Assembly (NCBI RefSeq): GCF_041080795.1
Contig: NZ_CP129674.1
Location: forward strand, 2,268,629 to 2,292,628
Source of the DNA: Bifidobacterium aquikefiricola
Lineage (GTDB): Bacteria > Actinomycetota > Actinomycetes > Actinomycetales > Bifidobacteriaceae
Direction: 5' to 3'
Length of the DNA stretch: 24,000 nt
Shown: piece by piece, positions 1-7,239 of the stretch
Numbering within the stretch: the stretch's first letter is position 1
Layout of the letters: the number at the start of each line of letters is the position of its first letter
Made by a program: the position numbers and the translations under genes
The notes under the pieces: model-generated
What the model saw: only the letters and a program-made list of their open reading frames with translations
The model's database searches: none
Told to the model about the DNA's origin: nothing

Positions 1-132
1 TGCAAGGTCATTGAGGAATCCGGCATTGTCTGCAGTGCGCACGAGGGCCGTAACGTCGTGTCCTGCGCGTGCGAGCTGTTCCGTGACATGCCCACCTATG
101 AACCCAGTTGCACCGGCCACCACCGCTTTCAT
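1..132 (-). CDS. NAD(P)-binding Rossmann-fold protein (NmrA / atypical SDR-like), N-terminal 44 codons only; continues past the left edge
   Basis: Absent from the ORF track because no stop lies in the window. The reverse complement of 1-132 reads MKAVVAGATGFIGGHVTEQLARAGHDVTALVRTADNAGFLNDLA, with a GxxGxxG motif at the extreme N-terminus. An AAGGAGG RBS lies at 138-144 on the minus strand. The gene is divergent from an HxlR regulator, which is a common pairing. Confidence 0.6.
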   Translation of the reverse strand, partial: MKAVVAGATGFIGGHVTEQLARAGHDVTALVRTADNAGFLNDLA

Positions 133-193
133 CGACTCCTCCTTGGTAGATAGCAAACAGATAGCAACGAAATTACAGCAAGCAATAGACAAA

Positions 194-219
194 GTATAGT
201 ACTATACTTTTGTATAGTA
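194..219. promoter_or_regulatory. Candidate HxlR operator: perfect 14-bp palindrome plus a third half-site in the divergent promoter region
   Basis: GTATAGTACTATAC (194-207) equals its own reverse complement. The half-site GTATAGTA recurs at 212-219. The element lies in the 106-bp gap between the divergent start codons (132 and 239), just upstream of the GAAGGAGGA RBS at 227-235. Confidence 0.4.
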
Positions 220-238
220 AGTTATCGAAGGAGGAAGC

Positions 239-577
239 ATGGAACAAGCGGGAATCTGCCAGATCTCTACGGTGGAAGCAGTCATGAATGTCATAGGAGG
301 GAAATGGACCTTCCCCATCCTGTGCAACCTACTGAGAGGCGACTCACGCTTCACGGAAATCCAGCACCACCTCGATGGCATCAGTCCGAAGATGCTGTCA
401 CGAAGGCTACTCGAACTCACAGAAAACGGCATCATAACCAGGAACGTCATCCCCGAACTGCCGCCCAGGGTTGAATACCGACTCACAGCAAAGGGAAAGG
501 ACTTGCGGCCACTCTTTCAAGCCATAGGGACATGGGGCACCACATGGAACATCACAGAAACGTCAACAGCACAGTGA
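239..577 (+). CDS. HxlR-family winged-helix transcriptional regulator
   Basis: 112 aa. IGGKWTFPILCNLLRGDSRFTEIQHHLDGISPKMLSRRLLELTENGIITR...PPRVEYRLTAKG is the canonical HxlR/MarR-like signature. A strong RBS precedes the ATG. Confidence 0.9.
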   Translation: MEQAGICQISTVEAVMNVIGGKWTFPILCNLLRGDSRFTEIQHHLDGISPKMLSRRLLELTENGIITRNVIPELPPRVEYRLTAKGKDLRPLFQAIGTWGTTWNITETSTAQ

Positions 578-679
578 GACGTGTGAAACGTCAGGCAAAT
601 ATTTGGCAATGATTCAACCATGGGCTGCTGCTTTCTCCACACCCCGACGAGGTATAAGTCTCCGCGATACTCTGATTCA

Positions 680-711
680 CAGTCATGATGTTTCGCAGTC
701 ATGTTGTTTCG
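680..711. repeat. 16-bp tandem duplication in apparently non-coding DNA
   Basis: CAGTCATGATGTTTCG (680-695) is followed directly by CAGTCATGTTGTTTCG (696-711), with one mismatch. The overlapping ORFs (517..759 minus, 603..797 plus) have no recognisable protein character. Confidence 0.5.
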
Positions 712-923
712 CATGCAACGAGCAACCGGCAGAGCGTTCGCCCGCTTCTTTTTGTGCACATTTCTTCCGAAGTCCAGATTTTTTCCATCATCAGTGAATT
801 GTTTGCCCGAACGCTCAGAAAAATAGATATCAGATAGCAGCCTGGAATGAGTTCTCTTTCCTCACGCACATACGCTGACGCAAGCCAAGTGACCGTTTAC
901 TGTCTGCGCGTATTTCTGAAGGC

Positions 924-1292
924 TTATTCCTGGGATTTTGCTTGATGCTGGTAGTGGATGATTTTGTGTTCCAGATAGTCGATTTGTTCGTTGAGCTCGC
1001 GCGACTGGCGCATGAGTCTGTCGTGGTGCTGAGTGAGCATTGTCAGACGCTGGCCGACGGTGGCATCACCTTGGTGCCGCATACGCGAGAACTCTTCTAT
1101 ATGTGCGAGGCTCATTCCTGTGGCTATGAGGCGCTGCACGAATTGTATCCATGCGACGTCTTTTTCGCTGTAATCCCGGTATCCATTGCCGTCGCGTCCA
1201 GGTTTGAGGATGCCTCGTTTCTCGTAGTAGCGCAGAGTCGATATTGGAACTTTCACCATTGCGCTGATCTCACTGACACGCATGGATGTCAT
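924..1292 (-). CDS. MerR-family transcriptional regulator
   Basis: 122 aa. The N-terminal HTH is MRVSEISAMVKVPISTLRYYEKRGILKPGRDGNGYRDYSEKDV, followed by a coiled-coil dimerisation helix. Confidence 0.9.
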   Translation of the reverse strand: MTSMRVSEISAMVKVPISTLRYYEKRGILKPGRDGNGYRDYSEKDVAWIQFVQRLIATGMSLAHIEEFSRMRHQGDATVGQRLTMLTQHHDRLMRQSRELNEQIDYLEHKIIHYQHQAKSQE

Positions 1293-1310
1293 CCCCGCAT
1301 TTGCATTGAA

Positions 1311-2016
1311 TCATGGTTCATAGTTTATTCTCCGACCTCTAGACATCACAATGAAGACAATGAAGCGTTGAGATGGAATATCATGGCCACACGATACGAA
1401 CAAAGACCGGCTGCGCTGTCGCAAGTCGACGGCTCCCATGGCGAGCAGAAATCCTCCCGCGGTCCACCTTTCAACCAGAGAGCGTCGAAGGTAGCAGAAC
1501 ATTGTCATGGTCCCGTCGCAGAGATGAAACCCTTACTCATATGTTCCGCCATAACCAAGCCATCCCGAAGTGCTCCATTACTCATCGCCGACTCTCTCCA
1601 AAACCAACCCTTGCTCACCCACATCGGTATCGCCGACAAGGAATGATCAGCGCAAGAATCAGGGAAATATCAGAATGGAAGAGTGGTTCGACCGACGATT
1701 CGAAATCGCACAAACTGCAACCCGATGCCTCACCAAGGGCAAGGAGAGACCGGCCCGCAACAGCCAAACGTTTACCCTCGAGATGGTCGCCTTCGTTTTC
1801 GACTACTCAGCGACAGCAAGTCCATGTCTCAAGAACCATACTGGTTCTCCTGTGGCCTTTGAGACGCCCTTCTCTACTGCTACTTGGGAACGCATGAAGC
1901 AGATTTGGCTGAACGCTGGTCCCTCCAGGTCTTTTCTGGACGCTCTTGATGGTTCTACGATAGTATGAGACCGTCGCCTCTGGACCGAAAGCTCCGATGA
2001 TTCCATCTCGCTGCAT
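1311..2016 (-). pseudogene. Decayed aspartate/glutamate-racemase-family gene with in-frame stops and at least one frameshift
   Basis: From the ATG at 2016 the minus strand reads MQRDGIIGAFGPEATVSYYRRTIKSVQKRPGG...NLLH, resembling the racemase N-terminus (E. coli YgeA-like, GGMSWESTxxYYR). That frame is cut by a TGA at 1807-1809. It then continues as ...LAVAGRSLLALGEAS..SLCD. A frame change near 1640 gives SFLVGDTDVGEQ...GWLGYGGTYE*GFH, comparable to FLHIADATG...LLGTRYTMEQDFY. In-frame TAA codons lie at 1578-1580 and 1533-1535. The tail AGGFLLAMGAVDL resembles the second catalytic motif GxxIxLGCTEL, but the Cys is lost. Confidence 0.55.
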
Positions 2017-2071
2017 GATGGTCTCATCCTTCGCAGTCGCTATTCGACTGATCTCTTCGAATTCCTTGGAT

Positions 2072-2434
2072 CTACCGCCGTTCCAACCACTCAACAAGAA
2101 CCGCAGCATTACTGTGGCTGGCATCCTTGGCCGCAAAGAGCAGCAGGACATCCCTATCCTGTAACGCTTTCACACAGTCCTCGCGAAACGCGGCAGCATT
2201 GGGATTGGAGTCGAGCTCAACGATGTATCGGCTCCGAAAACCCTCGTATCTCTCAAGATCATGTCCGTACCATGAACGCAACTCAGTCGTAGGAGCAATG
2301 TCCTTAGCCCAAACGTCAAGCCTAGCCCGAAGTTTGCTCATCCCCCGCGGCCAGAGGCGATCGACGAGGACACGATATGCATGGATATCGGAATCCGACG
2401 AGTAGATGCGTCCGATCCTGATGACGTGATTCAT
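2072..2434 (-). CDS. DUF488 (YeaO-like) family protein
   Basis: 120 aa. YRVLVDRLWPRGMSK....DVWAKDIAPTTELRSWYGHD...F..RY..EL is the typical DUF488 pattern. Confidence 0.85.
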   Translation of the reverse strand: MNHVIRIGRIYSSDSDIHAYRVLVDRLWPRGMSKLRARLDVWAKDIAPTTELRSWYGHDLERYEGFRSRYIVELDSNPNAAAFREDCVKALQDRDVLLLFAAKDASHSNAAVLVEWLERR

Positions 2435-2711
2435 TACAGTGCACTTTCCGGACGCGCGTAGTCAAATAACGCATGCAATTTGCGCGCCACATCTCCACTC
2501 TAACTAGAAACCAACGAGAAAGCGAGACCCACCTATATGCACACCAGCCGAAGCATCAGCCCGCAAAAAAATCAAAGCAAGCGCGCAGCGTAGAAGGAAA
2601 CGACCACATGTAAGTATCCGCAGATTCCCTCACACTCACAATCCCACACTCAATGCGTTTAAGTAAGCCTTACATTTTCGAGTGATGATGATCGCGAATT
2701 GTGCTGTGGCA

Positions 2712-3355
2712 TTACTCATGCGCTTTCTGGGACTGTAAATCACCACGAGAATTGGATGTTGAAGTGCTCCCGAGGATGTCGGCAGTCTGAACTGCACCGG
2801 CGAAATGCGGGAGTATCTGGTTGACGCAATACAGCGGCTGTTCCTGAGTGAACGCTGCCACGGCATCCGTGATAACCGATGCATTGTATCCCAGATCATG
2901 TGCAGATCTGATACTCGATTCGACGCAGACATGAAGGGCGAATCCCATGAAATACAGCTCACTGATATGTTGGGACTTAAGGTATTCATCCAGATCAGCC
3001 CCAGTGAATGCGCTGGATCCGGTTTTCCTGATAACCATTTCTCCGTCCGCAGGTGTGAAAGGTGGCGTAAATTCACTTGCCCGGGTTCCGGATTGCCAAG
3101 TTTGCGCTTTCTGAATCGCATATCTCATGCCGAATCGCGCAGGAGCAACTCCTGAGAGCCCTGGGTATCCGGGTTCAAAAAAAACATTCCACAATGTATG
3201 ATATGAAAATTCTGTCCACGCGCATATTCCAAAACCTCTCGCGCGTTCGACAGCGCCGATGGCAGATAATCAGGCTCCAAACGGCCATACAACCGGCCTG
3301 TTTCAGACAGCCATTCATTTTGGAATTCAATCAAGATTACAGCAGGATTTGACAT
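2712..3355 (-). pseudogene. Isochorismatase-family cysteine hydrolase interrupted by a frameshift in a homopolymer
   Basis: The N-terminal part reads MSNPAVILIEFQNEWL...NFHIIHCGMFF (ATG at 3355, GGAGGA RBS upstream). The C-terminal part reads (F)FEPGYPGLSG...GEMVIRKTGSSAFTGADLDEYLKSQHISELYFMGFALHVCVESSIRSAHDLGYN. The two parts lie in different frames and join exactly at the A8 run 3177-3184 (T8 on the coding strand). T9 or T6 would restore a single 214-aa-class ORF. Confidence 0.75.
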
Positions 3356-3829
3356 TCGTCCTCCAAAGAATCGGGCACAGCCCATGCACAAAGCAACGTA
3401 TCAATATTCAACAGGCAGACCCTATACAAACCGGCAGTCTTTCCATAGCCAAATGCATGCATCGTCCTTCGGCAGTCCCTTCTGCATGCATCAGCTAGAC
3501 ACACAGCATCTTCTAGACAGCTCCACAGAAGAATGAAGCCCAGCATTGCGAAACGCCGAGAGAAAGCGACACGCCCGTGTCCGCATTCACAGACAGCTGG
3601 CCAAGCGTTTCGGCATCGCAGCAGAAAAGCATCAGGCCGAACGTCGATTTTCCCATATATCAGGCTAATGAGAACCATTACCGATAGCGTCATTTCATCA
3701 ATCTAGATCCTGTCACAGCAAGCAAATTCATTGTTCTCATTCTGATAATTTGCAGAAAAACTTCGTAAATAAGTTAGTAAATTATACTTGATCGGTAATA
3801 TTGCGAACGTGTTTAAAAAATTATCTAAT

Positions 3830-5719
3830 ATGAATAAATTGGTGCGTGCTTGCGTGGCATTGTGCGTGGCATGCGTTGTTGGGTTAACAGGTGGTGCGAT
3901 ATACAATCCTCTGGCTGTTGCAAGTGAAGCGGATGCTCAGGGTTTTTCCCTGCATTCTGGTGAAGGCAGTGATGCGGGTGGCACTCACGTCGCGATACAA
4001 GCTCCTAGGAATGTGAGGTTTACCAGGATTGATACTGGTTCTGATCATTCATTGGCATTGGGCAGCGACGGCAACACCTACGCATGGGGCGACAATGAAT
4101 GTGGTCAGCTGGGCGACGGAACGACCACGAACCGGTCCACACCGGTACGCGTGAAAACCCCCGAAGGCGTGACATTCACCAACATTGATGGCGGTCTGAG
4201 TTTTTCAGTGGCGTTGGGCAGCGACGGCAACACCTACGCATGGGGCGACAATCAATATGATCAGCTGGGCGACGAGACGACCACGAACCACCTCACACCC
4301 ATACGAGTACACACTCCCGCAGGCGTAACATTCACCAGCATTAATGCCGGTTGGTACCACACCTTGGCGTTGGGCAGCGACGGCAACACCTACGCATGGG
4401 GTCTCAATGCATATGGACAGTTGGGCGATGAGACAACAACTAATCGGTCCACACCGCTACGCGTGCACGCTCCCGCCGGAATAAAATTCACCAGCATCAA
4501 AGACGGCTTGGGCCAGTCCTTGGCATTGGGCAGCGACGGCAACACCTACGCATGGGGCCGCAATCAATATGGTCAGCTGGGCGACGGAACGACCACTAAT
4601 AGATCCACACCGGTTCGAGTGAAAACCCCCGAAGGCGTGAGATTCACCAGCATCGATGGCGGTCTGGGCCATTCTGTGGCGTTGGGCAATGACGGGAACA
4701 CATACGCATGGGGCTTTAATTACCGTGGTCAGCTGGGCGATGACACAACCACGAACCAACTCACACCGGTACGAGTACACACTCCTGCAGGCGTAACATT
4801 CACTAACATTCATGCTGGTATGGGTCATACGCTGGCATTGGGCAATGACGGCACCCTGTACGCATGGGGGTGGAATGGATATGGTCAGCTGGGCGACGGC
4901 ACAACCACCAATCGCTATACACCAGTACGCGTGAATACTCCCAAAGGCGTGACATTCACCAGCATCGATGGCGGATATCGTCATTCGTTAGCGTTGGGTA
5001 GTGACGGCAACACCTACGCATGGGGCAGCAATGAATACGGCCCGTTGGGCGATGAAACAACCACCGATCGCTACACACCAGTACGTGTGAGCACTCCCGC
5101 GACGAAGGTTGTGAAAGTGTTGTTTGATGGTGTCGAGGGCAGTAATCTCATGTTTGATCAGGCATCAGGTCAGTGGCAGATCACCACACCAGCGCATACG
5201 CCTGGCACGGCGAACGTGAAGGTGCAGTGGACAGTAAGTGACGTTGCACAGCCGGACGCCTTGTTGTCATATACGTATATCGGCGTGAAGCATCATGTCT
5301 CCTTTGACGCTCAGAGTGGCTCTCAAGTTGATGCTCAGGATGTCGAGCAGGGCAAGACAGTGAACAAGCCAGCTGATCCTACACGTAAGGGTTACAGGTT
5401 TGTGCAGTGGACTAGCGATAAGGCCGGTAAGAACGCCTTTGATTTCAAGACACCCGTCACCGCAGATATCACCTTGTATGCGCAGTGGGTAAGCGTTGCT
5501 GCTTTCGGATCGGTGAATCCCACGACGAATCCCGGTATTTCAAGAACACCTTCTGCTCCGGCAGCTGGCAGCAGCGCCGTGAAGCCTTCTGGTGACACAG
5601 GCAGGAAGAGCGGCAATGCCTTGGCTTCCACCGGGAGCACGATAAGCGCTGTTGCTACTGCAATGCTGCTGTTCAGTGGTATTGGTGCGGCGCTTGTGTG
5701 GCGTCGTTGTCATGCATAA
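3830..5719 (+). CDS. Cell-wall-anchored surface protein: signal peptide, seven RCC1-type repeats (beta-propeller), Ig-like segment, Listeria-Bacteroides (Flg_new-type) repeat, LAxTG sorting signal
   Basis: Signal peptide MNKLVRACVALCVACVVGLTGGAIYNPLAVA/SE. There are seven 52-aa repeats with the RCC1 signature HSLALGSDGNTYAWGxNxYGQLGDGTTTNRxTPVRV. HHVSFDAQSGSQV...GKTVNKPADPTRKGYRFVQWT...ITLYAQW matches the Flg_new repeat pattern. The C-terminus has LASTG (5621-5635), a hydrophobic stretch and RRCHA. An alternative TTG start lies at 3788. Confidence 0.9.
   Translation: MNKLVRACVALCVACVVGLTGGAIYNPLAVASEADAQGFSLHSGEGSDAGGTHVAIQAPRNVRFTRIDTGSDHSLALGSDGNTYAWGDNECGQLGDGTTTNRSTPVRVKTPEGVTFTNIDGGLSFSVALGSDGNTYAWGDNQYDQLGDETTTNHLTPIRVHTPAGVTFTSINAGWYHTLALGSDGNTYAWGLNAYGQLGDETTTNRSTPLRVHAPAGIKFTSIKDGLGQSLALGSDGNTYAWGRNQYGQLGDGTTTNRSTPVRVKTPEGVRFTSIDGGLGHSVALGNDGNTYAWGFNYRGQLGDDTTTNQLTPVRVHTPAGVTFTNIHAGMGHTLALGNDGTLYAWGWNGYGQLGDGTTTNRYTPVRVNTPKGVTFTSIDGGYRHSLALGSDGNTYAWGSNEYGPLGDETTTDRYTPVRVSTPATKVVKVLFDGVEGSNLMFDQASGQWQITTPAHTPGTANVKVQWTVSDVAQPDALLSYTYIGVKHHVSFDAQSGSQVDAQDVEQGKTVNKPADPTRKGYRFVQWTSDKAGKNAFDFKTPVTADITLYAQWVSVAAFGSVNPTTNPGISRTPSAPAAGSSAVKPSGDTGRKSGNALASTGSTISAVATAMLLFSGIGAALVWRRCHA
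4019..5110 (+). repeat. Seven tandem 156-bp coding repeats (RCC1 blades)
   Basis: The units begin at F78 of the 3788 ORF and each is exactly 52 codons. The 33-mer TTGGGCAGCGACGGCAACACCTACGCATGGGG is identical in repeats 1-4 and diverged in repeats 5-7. Confidence 0.85.
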
Positions 5720-5792
5720 CCAGAATCCAACAATGCAGTATGTAGCGCGCCGTTCTCATATGTGAAATGTAGAAGCGCGTAGATTATCCTCG

Positions 5793-6164
5793 TCATGATG
5801 ACATGGCGGGGATAATTGGTTTTGCTGCGTTGCTCCGGTCAACCAGATCACGAGAATTCTCCACCCCGAGCACCAGCCGCTCATATTGCTCGCCTCTGAG
5901 TTGAATGACAACAGGGCATTCCGGCCTGGCAACATTCCAGAACGTCCTCTCCCCATTCTTGGAGAACACACCTGCCCACTTGCCGGGAACATGAAGACCG
6001 GGTGCACGCAAACCCTTAGTCTCGTCAAGAATGCCTGGATCCTCGGTCGCGCCCACAATATGCTCGATGGGTATCACCAGCTTAGTTTTAAACGACCACA
6101 CTCTATCCAGGCCCTGCGGCTCAATCTGCAGCATCCGCCCGGCAATTGTCACCTTGTTTCCCAT
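5793..6164 (-). CDS. Hypothetical 123-aa protein, possibly a small beta-rich or PH-like fold, co-transcribed with the upstream TetR gene
   Basis: The ORF has sensible codon usage. A GAAGGAAGG RBS is embedded in the 3' end of the TetR gene, and the ATG lies 2 nt after the TetR TAA stop. No diagnostic motif was recognised. Confidence 0.55.
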   Translation of the reverse strand: MGNKVTIAGRMLQIEPQGLDRVWSFKTKLVIPIEHIVGATEDPGILDETKGLRAPGLHVPGKWAGVFSKNGERTFWNVARPECPVVIQLRGEQYERLVLGVENSRDLVDRSNAAKPIIPAMSS

Positions 6165-6166
6165 GG

Positions 6167-6586
6167 TTACCTTCCTTCACCATCGGCGACCACACGAATG
6201 TGCGCACGCCGTAACAGCGTCTTGCCTAGGAGCGAAGCGATGTCAACGATATCGACAGTCCCCTCATCCAATCCGAGGCGAGACACCTTCGCCAAATAAT
6301 CCTCAACCAGCCCGCGAACCTCATGATCGCGACCCGACAGCTCCATCAGCGCCACCAAGACCAGATTGAGCACACCCGAATCTCGCGACTTCGAATTCGT
6401 CGCATCACGCAATGCAGCCACGAACATGCCCCTCTTGCTGCCGAACGCTCCGTACAAACTGCCCCGAAGCAGGCCTGTGGCTCTGACAAGTGCACCAATC
6501 GAAGCGCCCTCATACCCATGTATAAGGAAGACCTGGCGAGCATGAGCAAGGACCTCACCATCATCGAAGCTTCTATTACGACCCAT
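6167..6586 (-). CDS. TetR/AcrR-family transcriptional regulator (short, about 139 aa)
   Basis: MGRNRSFDDGEVLAHARQVFLIHGYEGASIGALVRATGLLRGSLYGAFGSKRGMFVAALRD is a typical TetR N-terminal HTH. The start was chosen at M32 of the track ORF (6586) because the upstream extension lacks protein character. Confidence 0.8.
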   Translation of the reverse strand: MGRNRSFDDGEVLAHARQVFLIHGYEGASIGALVRATGLLRGSLYGAFGSKRGMFVAALRDATNSKSRDSGVLNLVLVALMELSGRDHEVRGLVEDYLAKVSRLGLDEGTVDIVDIASLLGKTLLRRAHIRVVADGEGR

Positions 6587-6716
6587 GCTCAAAACGATAC
6601 TATTAATTGACTGAATGGTCAAGAATAATAAGCGGTCGTCACCTTGCCCTGCACTATAAGGGCTCCCAGCATGGCTCACTGCAGTGCAGAGAATGTAACT
6701 GTGGGCGTGTCTGGCC

Positions 6717-6747
6717 TTTACCTAGAGTGCGCTCTAGGTCGTATCCT
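6717..6747 (+). promoter_or_regulatory. MerR-type promoter: -35 TTTACC, 19-bp spacer containing a dyad, -10 TATCCT
   Basis: TTTACC lies at 6717-6722 and TATCCT at 6742-6747. The spacer is 19 bp, the over-long spacing typical of MerR-activated promoters. It carries the dyad ACCTAGAG-tgcg-CTCTAGGT (6720-6739). The -10 ends 9 nt before the ATG at 6757 (a GTG lies at 6754), which implies a leaderless or near-leaderless mRNA. Confidence 0.4.
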
Positions 6748-6756
6748 CTACCTGTG

Positions 6757-7239
6757 ATGAAGCAATCAAAGCATTCCAGTATTCCCAGCCAGAGCGAGCT
6801 AGCGGCCAAGGCGAAACTTCTCGACGTACCTGCTACTCAGGTGATTCCCGACAAGTCCATCAGCGAAGTGCAAACGCTCACCAATCTGAGCATCGACACC
6901 CTTCGCTACTACGAAAAAATCGGCTTGATAGATTCCATAGCGCGCGATGCCAGCGGGCACAGGCTCTACAGCGACTTGGATGTGGAACGAATCAGATTCG
7001 TGCGCCGACTGCGCGCAACCGGCATGCCCGTATCGCGCATCACCCAGTACGTACAGCTGCGCGCCCAAGGGCCAGACACGGCGGACAGTCGTCTGCACAT
7101 GTTGCTTGACCATCGTGAAAAGCTGCTTCGCATGCAGCAGGAACTGGCTGACAGCCTGAACCTGTTGGACAGCAAGATTCTCTATTATCGCCATCTCGTC
7201 GGGCACAAGGACACGGATCGTGGAACAACGAAACAATAG
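6757..7239 (+). CDS. MerR-family transcriptional regulator, first gene of a MerR-MFS operon
   Basis: ISEVQTLTNLSIDTLRYYEKIGLIDSIARDASGHRLYSDLDVERIRFVRRLRATGMPVSRI is a MerR HTH and wing, followed by a C-terminal coiled coil. The start is uncertain: ATG 6757 is preferred, and an in-frame GTG at 6841 would give a more typical short N-terminus. Confidence 0.8.
   Translation: MKQSKHSSIPSQSELAAKAKLLDVPATQVIPDKSISEVQTLTNLSIDTLRYYEKIGLIDSIARDASGHRLYSDLDVERIRFVRRLRATGMPVSRITQYVQLRAQGPDTADSRLHMLLDHREKLLRMQQELADSLNLLDSKILYYRHLVGHKDTDRGTTKQ

Noticed and set aside
942-1646. 234-aa plus-strand ORF overlapping the MerR gene and extending rightwards
   Set aside because: It is antisense to a clearly recognisable MerR CDS, and the remainder runs through the racemase pseudogene. 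The translation is low-complexity and Cys/His/Arg-rich. This is a typical shadow ORF in GC-rich DNA.
1570-1968. 132-aa plus-strand ORF (MEEWFDRRFEIAQ...) with locally good codon usage
   Set aside because: It lies exactly antisense to segments that align in order with Asp/Glu racemases on the minus strand. No family motif was recognised and codon quality collapses in its second half. It is retained only as an alternative under the pseudogene finding.
2586-2601. A 16-nt exact match (CAGCGTAGAAGGAAAC) between 2586-2601 and 9889-9904
   Set aside because: A single 16-mer coincidence is within chance expectation for all-against-all comparison of a 24-kb window on both strands. Flanking similarity is weak and gapped, and there is no associated structure.
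4457-4984. 175-aa minus-strand ORF inside the RCC1 gene
   Set aside because: It is antisense to the RCC1 repeats. Its periodic Cys/Ala/Gln-rich sequence simply mirrors the repeat structure.
4019-5110. Regular direct repeats considered as a CRISPR-like array (also the 18-bp array at 17422-17475)
   Set aside because: The repeats are contiguous with no unique spacers, lie inside long ORFs, and encode recognisable protein repeats. No cas genes are present.
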